From a virus, in IMG/VR virus record IMGVR_UViG_3300031873_000003, positions 1 to 64,000 of that record: 64,000 bases of DNA, one strand, 5' to 3'. Shown here one piece after another: positions 36,912 to 47,131 of the stretch. The position numbers and the translations under genes were made by a program. The notes beneath the pieces were generated by a model that was not told the DNA's origin, did not search any database, and saw only the letters and a list, made by a program, of their open reading frames with translations. The first letter of the stretch is position 1, and each line of letters opens with the position of its first letter.

Positions 36912-39900
36912 ATGGCAACAGAAGTAACCCATATAGTTGACCCTGGAGAAGGTGCAGGACACGATTACCATTCCCTATCCTTATGGGAGGCTGGTGAAGT
37001 GGGCGACCTCACGGGCGTAAGGGATGAGATCGCTGTTGCCAAGTGCCGAGCTACAGATGGGGATGCGGATACGACTGCCGTAGTTCTTGACGGTTGGATA
37101 ACTTCCCCCACCCAGTATATCAAAATCTGGACTGATCCTGCGGAATCACATCGCCATGATGGGAAATGGAATACAAGTAAATATCGTCTAACTGTTAGTG
37201 GTGCTTATACAATACAAAATAGTGAAAATTATACGAAAATAGATGGTATCCAATTTTCCGGGAATACGGGCGCCATATATAGGGGTTTGGCAATCGGTGC
37301 TCTTTCAAATTGTATATTAAATGGACTTAATACTAATAATCTTTCTGGTGTGTTACAAGAATCTGGAGGAGCGGTTACTTGTTGGAATGTTGTTGTTTTC
37401 AATTTGGGGACTGGTGCGAGTGGTTTTATTTCTTATACAAATGGTTCTAATTTTCGTAATTGTACTGCTTTTAATTGTGATAACGTAGGTATCGAGAATG
37501 GTTATGCGGATGCTGTAGCAACAAATTGTGTGGCACTTACTTGTGGGTCTTGCTTTGATGGCGGTATTGTTGGAAATTATAATTGTTCCTCAGATACGAC
37601 TGCTCCTGGGGCTAACTCTCTAAAAAGTAAGTCCGCAGCAAATAATTTTGTTGATATAGGTGCCGGAACAGAAGATTTGCATCTAAAACTTGGTGCAGAT
37701 TGTATAGATACAGGAACTGATTTATCTGCTTATTTTACAACTGACATAGATGGTACGACCCGACCGACAGGAGCAAATACCTGGGACATCGGGGCGGATG
37801 AGTATGTAGCTGGTGCAGAATCCCTATCTCCATCTGCTAGTCCTAGTTTAAGTCCATCACCATCCTTATCTCCCAGTGCAAGTTTGTCTCCTTCCGAGTC
37901 GCCATCCCTATCCCCCAGTGCAAGCTTGTCTCCATCTGCCTCGCTTTCGTCTTCTCTTAGTCCTTCGACCTCACCGTCAAAAAGTCCATCTAAAAGTCCT
38001 TCGACCTCACCCTCCAGGAGTCCCTCCAAAAGTCCCTCCAGGAGTCCCAGCGCCAGCCCAAGCTTAAGTCCATCAGCGTCAGCGTCTCCGTCTTTATCAC
38101 CATCTATTTCCCCAAGCATATCTCCTTCGGGATCTCCTTCGTTAAGTGCGAGTATAAGTCCAAGTGAGAGCCCGAGTTTGTCACCTTCGGCTTCGGTAAG
38201 CCCGTCTGTCAGTCCTTCAGTCAGTCCATCGGCATCTCCGTCAATGTCACCGAGTGTATCACCGTCGGCATCGCCTTCCGTATCGCCAAGCCTGAGTCCA
38301 TCAGCTTCTATTAGCCCTTCGCTTAGTCCATCTGCGAGTCCCTCGGAGAGCCCAAGTGAATCACCGTCGTTGAGTCCTTCTGCTTCAGTTTCACCAAGCG
38401 AATTGCCATCTGTATCACCGAGTATTTCCCCTTCGGGATCACCAAGTGAAAGTCCAAGCCTGTCTCCAAGCGTAAGCCCATCGGAATCTTTTTCAGAAAG
38501 TCCCTCAGAGTCGCCATCCTTATTACCCTCGGCCTCTGTGAGTCCTTCTTTGTCCCCATCTGCAAGCGTGTCACCTTCCGAGTCACCATCGTTGAGTCCG
38601 AGCATCTCACCATCGGTATCTCCATCTGCATCCCCATCACTATCTCCATCAGCGAGTATAAGTCCGTCGGTATCTCCATCAGTTTCACCCAGCGAAAGTC
38701 CTTCATTAAGCCCATCGGCTTCCGTAAGTCCCTCGGTTTCACCTTCGTTATCACCTTCTATCAGTCCAAGCATTAGTCCAAGTCTATCACCATCCGTTAG
38801 CCCAAGCAAAAGTCCTTCATTAAGCCCCAGCGCTTCACTATCTCCAAGTGTTTCACCAAGCGTCTCTCCATCAGTGAGTCCCAGTATTAGTCCTTCGGTA
38901 AGCCCCTCATTGTCTCCAAGTGCTTCGGTTTCACCGAGTATCAGTCCATCTCTATCGCCGAGCATAAGTCCGAGTGTTAGCCCAAGTGTTTCACCCAGTA
39001 TATCACCGTCAATAAGCCCATCTGAATCACCATCGTTTTCTCCGTCAGTTTCGCCATCTGTATCGCCAAGCGTAAGTCCTTCAATCAGTCCAAGTTTATC
39101 ACCGTCCCTGAGCCCATCAGTTTCACCATCGGTAAGTCCATCAATCAGTCCATCGGCGTCACCGTCCATGAGTCCGTCTTTAAGCCCCAGTGCTTCTGTC
39201 TCTCCATCAATGTCTCCCTCGGCTTCTCCGAGTTTATCTCCTTCTATTTCGCCATCGGTATCGCCAAGCGTAAGTCCTTCAATCAGTCCATCGGTTAGCC
39301 CGTCTGTAAGTCCGAGCATTAGTCCATCATTAAGTCCCAGTTTAAGTCCTTCAAAGAGTCCAAGTTTAAGTCCCAGTGCATCATTAAGTCCCAGTTTAAG
39401 TCCGTCTTTATCACCTTCCGAGAGCCCTTCACTTTTACCATCGGCTTCGCTCTCCCCGAGCTTGTCACCGAGCGCCAGCCCAAGCGTATCACCATCGGAA
39501 TCTCCGAGCTTATCGCCCTCGGCTTCGGTAAGTCCTTCCATAAGCCCGAGTTTGTCGGCTTCTGAATCTCCCTCGGTATCCCCAAGCTTTAGTCCGAGTG
39601 AATCACCATCCCTGAGTCCATCCGTTAGTCTTTCAATCTCTCCGTCGATCAGCCCCTCGGTTAGTCCGAGCAAATCACCTTCGGTTTCACCCTCTGAGAG
39701 TCCGAGTTTAAGTCCTTCCATTAGTCCATCTCTCAGCCCTTCAGCGAGCGTTTCACCATCGATTAGTCCATCCCTCTCCTTAAGTGAGTCACCATCGGTA
39801 AGCTATAGCCTATCGCCCAGCGCAAGTCCGTCCCTTAGCCCATCGATCTCACCCTCGGAGAGTGCAAGCTTAAGTCCAAGTATCAGTCCTTCGGTCTCTC

Positions 39901-40019
39901 CTTCGGCATCCGAGAGTCCATCAAGGTCGCCCTCAATATCTCCTTCTATGTCTCCGTCTATTGAGGGCGCTATGCTTTTGCAAAATTTTCATTACTACTA
40001 TCAAAACATAGGGGCTTGA
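36912..40019 (+). CDS. beta-helix (pectin-lyase-like) domain followed by a ~715-aa Ser-Pro-Ser-X tract
   Basis: NCTAFNC..., DLHLKLGADCIDTG...DIDG..R...WDIGADEY, then SPSx repeats at ~37818-39960. Confidence 0.85.
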   Translation: MATEVTHIVDPGEGAGHDYHSLSLWEAGEVGDLTGVRDEIAVAKCRATDGDADTTAVVLDGWITSPTQYIKIWTDPAESHRHDGKWNTSKYRLTVSGAYTIQNSENYTKIDGIQFSGNTGAIYRGLAIGALSNCILNGLNTNNLSGVLQESGGAVTCWNVVVFNLGTGASGFISYTNGSNFRNCTAFNCDNVGIENGYADAVATNCVALTCGSCFDGGIVGNYNCSSDTTAPGANSLKSKSAANNFVDIGAGTEDLHLKLGADCIDTGTDLSAYFTTDIDGTTRPTGANTWDIGADEYVAGAESLSPSASPSLSPSPSLSPSASLSPSESPSLSPSASLSPSASLSSSLSPSTSPSKSPSKSPSTSPSRSPSKSPSRSPSASPSLSPSASASPSLSPSISPSISPSGSPSLSASISPSESPSLSPSASVSPSVSPSVSPSASPSMSPSVSPSASPSVSPSLSPSASISPSLSPSASPSESPSESPSLSPSASVSPSELPSVSPSISPSGSPSESPSLSPSVSPSESFSESPSESPSLLPSASVSPSLSPSASVSPSESPSLSPSISPSVSPSASPSLSPSASISPSVSPSVSPSESPSLSPSASVSPSVSPSLSPSISPSISPSLSPSVSPSKSPSLSPSASLSPSVSPSVSPSVSPSISPSVSPSLSPSASVSPSISPSLSPSISPSVSPSVSPSISPSISPSESPSFSPSVSPSVSPSVSPSISPSLSPSLSPSVSPSVSPSISPSASPSMSPSLSPSASVSPSMSPSASPSLSPSISPSVSPSVSPSISPSVSPSVSPSISPSLSPSLSPSKSPSLSPSASLSPSLSPSLSPSESPSLLPSASLSPSLSPSASPSVSPSESPSLSPSASVSPSISPSLSASESPSVSPSFSPSESPSLSPSVSLSISPSISPSVSPSKSPSVSPSESPSLSPSISPSLSPSASVSPSISPSLSLSESPSVSYSLSPSASPSLSPSISPSESASLSPSISPSVSPSASESPSRSPSISPSMSPSIEGAMLLQNFHYYYQNIGA

Positions 40020-40020
40020 T

Positions 40021-40722
40021 ATGTATGAACTAAAAACCAATACAGCAGTAAGAATACCGGTTGGGCCATTCGTTGACCCTACAGACGGTAAAACCGCAGA
40101 GACATCATTAGTTGTGACTGATATATCTGTCCAGCTTTATCAAACCAAGACAGACGGTACAGCCGTTGTTCGTGCTCAATTCGCCCCTACCTCCTCTGGT
40201 GGTAATAATGACATGGCCTTAGTTGCAAGTTCAACCGACGGAATGTACGACTTGGAGTTGACGGCCAATCAACTTAATTGGCTTGGGAATGGTCGAATCA
40301 CGTTCTACGATATTGATGGAGCCTTGGTTCACTGGATAGATGTCCAAGTTGTAAATGCTGATTATTTTAATGGTAAGTATGGAACGTCGGGGGATATTTG
40401 GTCAAAGGTTTTACCTGGAACCTATGGAGCAACCGAGGCAGGACATATTTTGGCTGATATAAAAACAAAAACAGATACTATTGGGGGAGCGGGAGCCCTT
40501 GCCTGGACATACACTCTAACGGACGAAGGTACGGGAGACCCCATCGATGGCGCAGAGGTCTGGATAACCACGGATTCATTAGGATCAAATATTGTTGCGT
40601 CAGGGGTAACAAATACCTTTGGGGTCGTAAACTTTACATTGGATGCAGGAAGTTACTTTGTTTGGAGGAAAAAGGCAGGATGGAATTTTAGTCCAGAGCC
40701 GGATACCGAAATAGTTTCTTAA
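40021..40722 (+). CDS. virion structural protein with a C-terminal Ig/carboxypeptidase-regulatory-like module
   Basis: IPVGPFVD..DGKTAET; PIDGAEVWIT...G.T...G.V.F.LDAGSY. Confidence 0.6.
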   Translation: MYELKTNTAVRIPVGPFVDPTDGKTAETSLVVTDISVQLYQTKTDGTAVVRAQFAPTSSGGNNDMALVASSTDGMYDLELTANQLNWLGNGRITFYDIDGALVHWIDVQVVNADYFNGKYGTSGDIWSKVLPGTYGATEAGHILADIKTKTDTIGGAGALAWTYTLTDEGTGDPIDGAEVWITTDSLGSNIVASGVTNTFGVVNFTLDAGSYFVWRKKAGWNFSPEPDTEIVS

Positions 40723-40732
40723 GGGGGGTTAA

Positions 40733-41758
40733 ATGGCTGGAACAGGCACAGGGAAAAGGGTAAGCGTGACTCCGGTTGCGGGGGTAACAAGTCCTCCGGC
40801 AGGAGCCATGAGTATCGGGGGAGATGGTGGCATCATTGACCTGGCAAGAAAGGCCATCCTTGATGATGACATTGAACCCTACTTATGGAGTGGGATTGAA
40901 CTCATCCACTACTTGAACATTATTACCGAAGAGTTATACCGAGAAACGCTTCTAATTGAAGATCGCACCACAACCGCACTTACACAACTGAAACTCTTGA
41001 GCAATCTTAGCGACTATACCATTGACGATAGGGTATTGAACGTCAAGGAAGGCGCCAAGCTGTCCGAGAACACAAACGACAATTATGGCGTGCTAAAACG
41101 AACCTCCCAGGCTTATATGGATCAACTCAAGGCAACATGGCGAGAAATCACAGACATCGCTCCAACACGATTTATCCCTGATTGTGGTAGAGGGTCTTTG
41201 TCTATCTATCCCAAATTTGACGATGAGGGAGAAGTTGTTGGCGCATCAAACATTACTTTCACAGCAGCCACCAAGAAGATATCTAAGGTGGGAGAGGATT
41301 TTACCGCCCACTACGTGGTGGGAGACGAGATTAATGTTTCTGGAACAACCTACAACGACGGATATGTGACGGCAACATTAGTGAGTGCAACGGAAATTAC
41401 TGTTACAGAGACACTTGTTAATGAGACGCTTACCTCGGCAACCTTGCGGAAGGTTCGTGATACCCTTCTGATGGTAGTCAATCGCCTTCCTCTTACGCCA
41501 TTTGTTGTTGCTGATATTACTGCTGTTACCGCTGTTTATCCTGAGATTAAGACCATGTATCATAGGGAGCTTCTTTACGGGATTGGGAGGGAAGCGTTTC
41601 AGAAAGAGGACACCCAAACCCTTGACCTGGCAGCGGCGGATCGAAACGGGAAGAGGTTTGAGGAATTCAAGGATAAAGTCAAGAGGAGCTTGGTGTTCCT
41701 AAATCGATCGGAAAGGCAGGGGAGTTCGGGGAGTTCGGGGATTTGGAAGAGTTATTGA
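40733..41758 (+). CDS. putative head-tail adaptor protein
   Basis: ARKAILDD...YLWS..ELIHYLN...PEI..YHRELLYG..REAF. Confidence 0.65.
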   Translation: MAGTGTGKRVSVTPVAGVTSPPAGAMSIGGDGGIIDLARKAILDDDIEPYLWSGIELIHYLNIITEELYRETLLIEDRTTTALTQLKLLSNLSDYTIDDRVLNVKEGAKLSENTNDNYGVLKRTSQAYMDQLKATWREITDIAPTRFIPDCGRGSLSIYPKFDDEGEVVGASNITFTAATKKISKVGEDFTAHYVVGDEINVSGTTYNDGYVTATLVSATEITVTETLVNETLTSATLRKVRDTLLMVVNRLPLTPFVVADITAVTAVYPEIKTMYHRELLYGIGREAFQKEDTQTLDLAAADRNGKRFEEFKDKVKRSLVFLNRSERQGSSGSSGIWKSY

Positions 41759-41773
41759 TCAAAAAGGCGTGAA

Positions 41774-42778
41774 ATGTCAAACATAACCACGAGCGTGATT
41801 ATACCGAGCAGAAATTGCAAGTATGTGTCCCGCACAATACAGGACGTTTTTGAAAAGGCAGGGGGACCGATAGAAGTGATTTGCCTCTTAGATGGGTACT
41901 ATCCCGATCCTCCAATCAAGGATCATCCTAATTTAACGATAGTCCATAAACCAGAAGTCACGGGAATGAGAAAGAGCATTAACATGGGGGTTCAGCTTGC
42001 AAAAGGAAAATATATTTGCAAAATGGATGATCATACGATGGTCGGAGAGAACTTTGATAGGATTATCAGTGAGAGTATAGATGACGACTGGCTTGCTGTC
42101 CCGAGTCGATATTCACTCGATCCAGAGAAGTGGGAGAAGGGCAGAGGACCAACTGAATACCTATTCGTTACCTACCCATACAATCACGACAATTTGTATG
42201 GAAATGGCCTCCACGGAAAGAAGTGGATCGGGGAAGATGGTATCGGAAAGAATATGGGCAAGACTGAGTTCTATTGGATGGAGGATCATCGAAAGGATAA
42301 ACGGATTGACGATTTACAAACGTTCCAGGGCTCGTTTTGGGCAATGTCGAAAGAACACTATTTCAGGATCGGAATGTTGGACGAAAAACATTGTGATTTG
42401 ATGGAGAATGAACCGCAGGAGCTGGGGTTTAAAACTTTTTTGTCGGGGGGACGTTGTGTTTTGATAAAAGACGCCTGGCACGCCCATATGCACAAAAACG
42501 AGCGTGAGTTAGACAACAGGGGACGAAGCTGGAAACTTAGTTGGCAGGCCATGAGAGACACGGGAAGGTTTCAAACTTTTGTGTGGATGAATAATCGCTG
42601 GGCCGGGGCAACTAAAAAGATTGAAGATTTTGTGGAGCATTTCTGGCCTATCCCTAGTTGGCCGTCGGACTGGATTTCGCAAAGGGATCAGTGGAACAAG
42701 GAACACCCAGAGATGAACACAAACTTCCGGATTTTTGACCCCGATGGGCATGACGGATTACCCCTTCGGGAAACATAG
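41774..42778 (+). CDS. glycosyltransferase family 2
   Basis: SVIIPSRN...EVICLLDG...KMDDH. Confidence 0.88.
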   Translation: MSNITTSVIIPSRNCKYVSRTIQDVFEKAGGPIEVICLLDGYYPDPPIKDHPNLTIVHKPEVTGMRKSINMGVQLAKGKYICKMDDHTMVGENFDRIISESIDDDWLAVPSRYSLDPEKWEKGRGPTEYLFVTYPYNHDNLYGNGLHGKKWIGEDGIGKNMGKTEFYWMEDHRKDKRIDDLQTFQGSFWAMSKEHYFRIGMLDEKHCDLMENEPQELGFKTFLSGGRCVLIKDAWHAHMHKNERELDNRGRSWKLSWQAMRDTGRFQTFVWMNNRWAGATKKIEDFVEHFWPIPSWPSDWISQRDQWNKEHPEMNTNFRIFDPDGHDGLPLRET

Positions 42779-42798
42779 AGGGGCGGCGGGAAACGAAA

Positions 42799-43560
42799 AT
42801 GCGTGAACTCATTACCCTAACGGGAAGCCGAGGTTTTCTTGGAACCGCCATCAGGAAGGACATCAAATATCCTTATAGTGAGGTCGATTACCTTATCGGA
42901 AAAGACCATAAGGACGTCATCGGAAGAAAGGGAACGTTGATCTTTATGTCGTCATGGGTGGACCAGGGAGAGTCGATGGTGAACCCCGCAAAGTATATTC
43001 AAAATAATTTAGTTTACCTTGCGATGATACTGACCAACAATGCGTTCGATCAAGTGATCTTCCCCTCTTCCTGTATGGTCTACGACAAGGACGGGAAATT
43101 GGAACCAAGCTCAGTGTATGGCTTTACGAAACTCGCTGGAGAGAAGTTGATTAAAATTTACTCTAAGAATTACTGGATATTGAGGATCGGGAACCCCTAC
43201 GGGCCGAACGACCATCGATCGGTCTTTCGTGAACTGGCAAGATGCAAAAAAGAAGGGGATACGTTTATAATCTCTGGCGGAAAGATCGTTAGGGATTATT
43301 TTCCTGTTGCTCATATCGCAAAGCTTGTGAACAGGATATTGGACGGAGGTATCGAGCCAGGTATTTATAATGTTGGGTCTGGAAACCACGTCGTGACATC
43401 GGAATATTTAAAAATGTTTTGTGTGAACCATGCGATTAAGCATGTGGTGGTTGATGGGACGGGGACGCTTGCTTCCGGGTACGCAGCCAAGGATCACATG
43501 TTGGCCTGTAGGCAAAAGAAAATATCCGACAGAGAATGGAAGGATTACTATTTGGGATAG
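42799..43560 (+). CDS. NAD-dependent epimerase/dehydratase (extended SDR)
   Basis: TGSRGFLG, SS..VY, YGFTK, LRIGNPYGP. Confidence 0.9.
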   Translation: MRELITLTGSRGFLGTAIRKDIKYPYSEVDYLIGKDHKDVIGRKGTLIFMSSWVDQGESMVNPAKYIQNNLVYLAMILTNNAFDQVIFPSSCMVYDKDGKLEPSSVYGFTKLAGEKLIKIYSKNYWILRIGNPYGPNDHRSVFRELARCKKEGDTFIISGGKIVRDYFPVAHIAKLVNRILDGGIEPGIYNVGSGNHVVTSEYLKMFCVNHAIKHVVVDGTGTLASGYAAKDHMLACRQKKISDREWKDYYLG

Positions 43561-43570
43561 GGGTATCATC

Positions 43571-44230
43571 GTGAGTGACATAACTCTTCTGTACTATACA
43601 GCAAACAGAATACCTGATCGCTTTGCGGTGAACGTCAGAAACCACTTGATTATAACGGCACAAGGGAAGCCTATTATCAGTATCTCCCAACAACCTATCA
43701 ATCTTGGAGAAAACATATGTGTTGGTGATATAGGATATACCGTTCCAAATGTCTATGCACAGATTTTGGTGGGAGCCAAGATGGCAAAAACACAGTACGT
43801 TGCTTGTTGTGAAGACGATACCCTGTATGTCCCGGAGCATTTTGACTATATTCCGCCAGACGATACGTTTGGATACAATAAGAACAGGTGGAATCTTACC
43901 GAAAGCCATTTCTATTTACAGTCTCGAAGGTCAAACATGTGTGTATGCATAGTTCCAACCGAATCGATGATAAGGACGCTTGAGGAAAGGGTAACTAAGT
44001 TTGGTTCTGGAGGGCCTCCTCACCTTGGAGAACCTGGGAGACGTGAGAGAACGATGGGAATCAATACAGTAAAGGCTTGTAAGTTCAACACTATTGATCC
44101 TGTGTTACAAATTAATCATGCCATATCCCTTGGTGGAATTCGGAGGCGGGCGAATTACAACGTAATCCAGGCAGAACATCCTGCGTGGGGGAAAGCCTCC
44201 GCTTTATGGGAAAAAATGGTGAATGGATAG
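43571..44230 (+). CDS. GT-A fold glycosyltransferase-like protein
   Basis: LLYYTAN...VACCEDDTLY..EHF; related to the C-terminal domain of the 52903 gene. Confidence 0.65.
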   Translation: MSDITLLYYTANRIPDRFAVNVRNHLIITAQGKPIISISQQPINLGENICVGDIGYTVPNVYAQILVGAKMAKTQYVACCEDDTLYVPEHFDYIPPDDTFGYNKNRWNLTESHFYLQSRRSNMCVCIVPTESMIRTLEERVTKFGSGGPPHLGEPGRRERTMGINTVKACKFNTIDPVLQINHAISLGGIRRRANYNVIQAEHPAWGKASALWEKMVNG

Positions 44231-44513
44231 CAACGACTGGTTCAGTTGGAGCCCCGAAACAGAAGAGCGGATGAATTTTGTTGGTGGACGGTATACTGCC
44301 TGCGAAGTAATCAGGCAAGCATACCGTAGGATTCAAGACCCGGAAGTAAAGTTGATGTTAAGGATTGCTACAACGATGTGCAAGTCGATGGCAACAAGAA
44401 TCACCAAATATGATGGGCGAAGGTGGGGAAAGGATATATACCCGCTTAATCCATACTTAAATAGAGAAACGGAAATGTTGGTGAAGGTTGACATCCTCCC
44501 CCCACTAAAGTAG
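44223..44513 (+). CDS. hypothetical protein, paralog of the 55367 gene; 3' end altered by the IS
   Basis: C..IR..Y....DPE.KL..R.A..M.K.M shared. Confidence 0.65.
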   Translation: MDSNDWFSWSPETEERMNFVGGRYTACEVIRQAYRRIQDPEVKLMLRIATTMCKSMATRITKYDGRRWGKDIYPLNPYLNRETEMLVKVDILPPLK

Positions 44514-45815
44514 GGGGATTCCCAGAAAGGTTAAACAGAGTGCTTAACATTTCCAAGTTGGTTCACGTTTCTACGAGGTCTGCCTTTTCGAGCCGAAGCC
44601 CGAACTGGTCTTGTAACCTCTCCACGCGCTTTTACGGAGTGTCCCTCCGCATCACGGATATTTATCGCTGCGTTATCATCGCGGTCGTGGTGAGTCTTAC
44701 ACTCGGGGCAATACCACTCACGAATGCTCAAGGGAAGCGATTCCAGTATGTACCCGCAGACATTACAGCGTTTACTACTTGGGAAAAATGGATCGATAAT
44801 CCGAAGATCCTTTTCGTACCAGTCGCATTTGTAGGTAAGCATTCCCCGAAACATGCCAAAGGCGGCATCGCCGATAACTCTTGCCAGTTTGTGATTTCTG
44901 ACCATACCTCGAACATTCAGATCTTCGATTTGAATTACGTCAAAGCGACGAACCAAATCGGTGGTCACTTTGTAGAGGTGGTCTTTCCGCATGTTAGCAA
45001 TATGCTCTTGAAGACGAGCAACCTTGAGAATAGCCCGGCGCCGTCTACCGCTCCCCTTCTTCTTCTTGGCAAGCTTCCGCTGCAGCTTCTTCAGCTTCAG
45101 GAGATTCGTCCCAAGAGCCCTGGGGTTTGGGATTTGTTCGCCATTGGACAAGGTAGCCAGACGAGAAACGCCGAGGTCGATGCCGATTTTCAAGCCAGTC
45201 TTCGGAAGGGGCAGCCTCACTTCATCGAGGCAGAGAGTAACAAAGTATTTCCCACTTGGCAACTTGGTTATTGTCACCGTGGTGGGGATACTCTGGAAAC
45301 CTCTGCTCCAGTGAATGTCAAGTCTGCCAATGCCGGAGATGCTCAAATTGCGATTGGCAGCATCCCACTTGAACGCGCTTCGGGTGTACTCAGCGGTCTG
45401 CTTGCCTCGCTTCTTCTTGAATGTCGGATACTTCGCAGTCTTGTTCCAGAAGTTGATGTAAGCAGTCTGGAGATGCCGAAGCGCTTGCTGGGTCGGGACG
45501 CAAGAGATCTCGTTGAGCCATTCGGTTTCCGGTTGCCTTTTCAGTTCGGTGAGCATAGCGGAAGATTCGTTGTACCCAATGCTTCGGTTCTCTTTGAACC
45601 AAGCATCAGTACGGATGCGCAGAAAACGATTGAAGACGAACCGACAGGAACCGAAAATCCGAGAAAGGCTCTCGGCCTGTTGTTTTGTCGGGTAAACCCG
45701 GTATGTGTGTCTCATCTTCACAATACTATTGTATCTTGTGTAAATTCAGAAGTCAAACAAAAATAAAAGATGGCATTTCCTCCCCCGGCTAAAGTCGGGG
45801 GTATCCATGCCGAAA
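44488..45815 (-). mobile_element. IS200/IS605 family element (tnpB only, IS1341-like)
   Basis: Right end (minus) GAATCCCCCTACTTTAGTGGGGGGAGGATGTCAA; left hairpin 45775-45815; no tnpA. Confidence 0.88.
44531..45721 (-). CDS. tnpB: TnpB RNA-guided endonuclease, apparently intact
   Basis: YRVYPT..Q, GIDLG, IEDL, SSKRC..CG, CPEC..HDRDDNAA. Confidence 0.96.
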   Translation of the reverse strand: MKMRHTYRVYPTKQQAESLSRIFGSCRFVFNRFLRIRTDAWFKENRSIGYNESSAMLTELKRQPETEWLNEISCVPTQQALRHLQTAYINFWNKTAKYPTFKKKRGKQTAEYTRSAFKWDAANRNLSISGIGRLDIHWSRGFQSIPTTVTITKLPSGKYFVTLCLDEVRLPLPKTGLKIGIDLGVSRLATLSNGEQIPNPRALGTNLLKLKKLQRKLAKKKKGSGRRRRAILKVARLQEHIANMRKDHLYKVTTDLVRRFDVIQIEDLNVRGMVRNHKLARVIGDAAFGMFRGMLTYKCDWYEKDLRIIDPFFPSSKRCNVCGYILESLPLSIREWYCPECKTHHDRDDNAAINIRDAEGHSVKARGEVTRPVRASARKGRPRRNVNQLGNVKHSV

Positions 45816-45822
45816 AATTCTC

Positions 45823-46572
45823 ATGAACCATCCAACCTGTGAAGTAATAACGATGTGGTATAACGATGTGTTTCTGGCGCCATTTTTCCTGAAACATTAT
45901 TCGTATGCAGACCATATTCGAGTCATTATAGATGCGGATACAGATGATAAGGCAGAATGCGAGGCGCTTGTTCATCAGTATCCAAACGCATCCGCAGAGT
46001 TCTTCAGTTTTCCTGATGGGTATAACGTAGATGTTCGGCAAAATTTAATCTTTTCCGCATGTAATGAATCTAAGGCTGACTGGGTGATTGTGCCAGATTC
46101 AGATGAGTTTATATTTTGTGGAGATATGCATCAGTTTCTATCATCTCAAACGGCAGACATAGTTGTTGTTAGGCTATACCAGGTTTTTAGGAATAGTTTA
46201 GACGCAGACCTTGATTTATCTCAACCAATAGAGGGTCAGCGTAGACATGGAGACCCAAATTATGTCAAGGGAAGAAACTCGCATGGAAGCAAACCAATCA
46301 TCATAAGGACAGGCAAGAAGATACACCTTATGCCGGGAAATCATAATGTTTGGAATAAACATCGCTACACGGTAAGCAAAGATATTCTTATTGGCCAGCA
46401 CTGGCAAATGGCTGATCCTTGTTTTTGTGTTCCTCGAAGGCTGTCGAGGAGCAAGAGGTTAGGCGATGCAAGCCTCCCGACCGGATATGCTTTTCATGAC
46501 CTTCATGTGACCGAAGAATATATTCTATCTCAATGTAATGCTCACTTAAACGATGGAGAATTGCCGGCTTGA
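45823..46572 (+). CDS. glycosyltransferase (GT2-like/GT92-like)
   Basis: FFLKHY...ADWVIVPDSDEFI. Confidence 0.8.
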   Translation: MNHPTCEVITMWYNDVFLAPFFLKHYSYADHIRVIIDADTDDKAECEALVHQYPNASAEFFSFPDGYNVDVRQNLIFSACNESKADWVIVPDSDEFIFCGDMHQFLSSQTADIVVVRLYQVFRNSLDADLDLSQPIEGQRRHGDPNYVKGRNSHGSKPIIIRTGKKIHLMPGNHNVWNKHRYTVSKDILIGQHWQMADPCFCVPRRLSRSKRLGDASLPTGYAFHDLHVTEEYILSQCNAHLNDGELPA

Positions 46573-47129
46573 AAGCAACAGACATACCTGGATGGATGGA
46601 CGAAAAAGAGATTGAGTGGCTCGCAGAACAGGCCAAGCACCACAATCTTATCGTTGAAATCGGAACGTGGCTTGGAAGGTCTGCCTATGCGATGGGAGAA
46701 GTAACGCCAGGAAAAATTATCACTATTGATAGTTTTAAGATGGAGGGTGTTCCTCCGAAAAGGTGGCCAACGGCAATAGAGGCACACAAGGAAATGGAAA
46801 CCGATCCGGATTGGATTTATCGCCGTTGCCTGGATAACCTTGATGAACTTATAACAAGCGGAAAGGTAGAGGTTATTCGGGGAGATAGCCTTAAGGTTAT
46901 CAAGGATTTGGATGGTATAAAAGGTCAGGTGGACATGGTATTTATTGATGGAAGTCATGATTATGTTTCTGTTCAAGAGGATATCTATAAATATCGGCCT
47001 TTACTAAAAAAGGGTGGGTTACTGTGCGGGCACGACTTGGCTCACCAGGTAAAAAAGGCGGTTAGTCGCTTAGTTCCTGACTATAAGTTAGTTGCAGGAA
47101 CTTTGATCTGGGCAGCAATAGAGAGTTAA
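46569..47129 (+). CDS. class I SAM methyltransferase (Methyltransf_24-like)
   Basis: IVEIGTWLGRS, VFIDGSHDY, GGLLCGHD. Confidence 0.9.
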   Translation: MKATDIPGWMDEKEIEWLAEQAKHHNLIVEIGTWLGRSAYAMGEVTPGKIITIDSFKMEGVPPKRWPTAIEAHKEMETDPDWIYRRCLDNLDELITSGKVEVIRGDSLKVIKDLDGIKGQVDMVFIDGSHDYVSVQEDIYKYRPLLKKGGLLCGHDLAHQVKKAVSRLVPDYKLVAGTLIWAAIES

Positions 47130-47131
47130 GG

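Noticed and set aside
37730-39721. Long minus-strand Gly-Asp/Glu-Gly-Leu ORFs (also 28069, 57406, 59080, 63290)
   Set aside because: Antisense shadows of the SPS tracts, with no promoter, RBS or domain.
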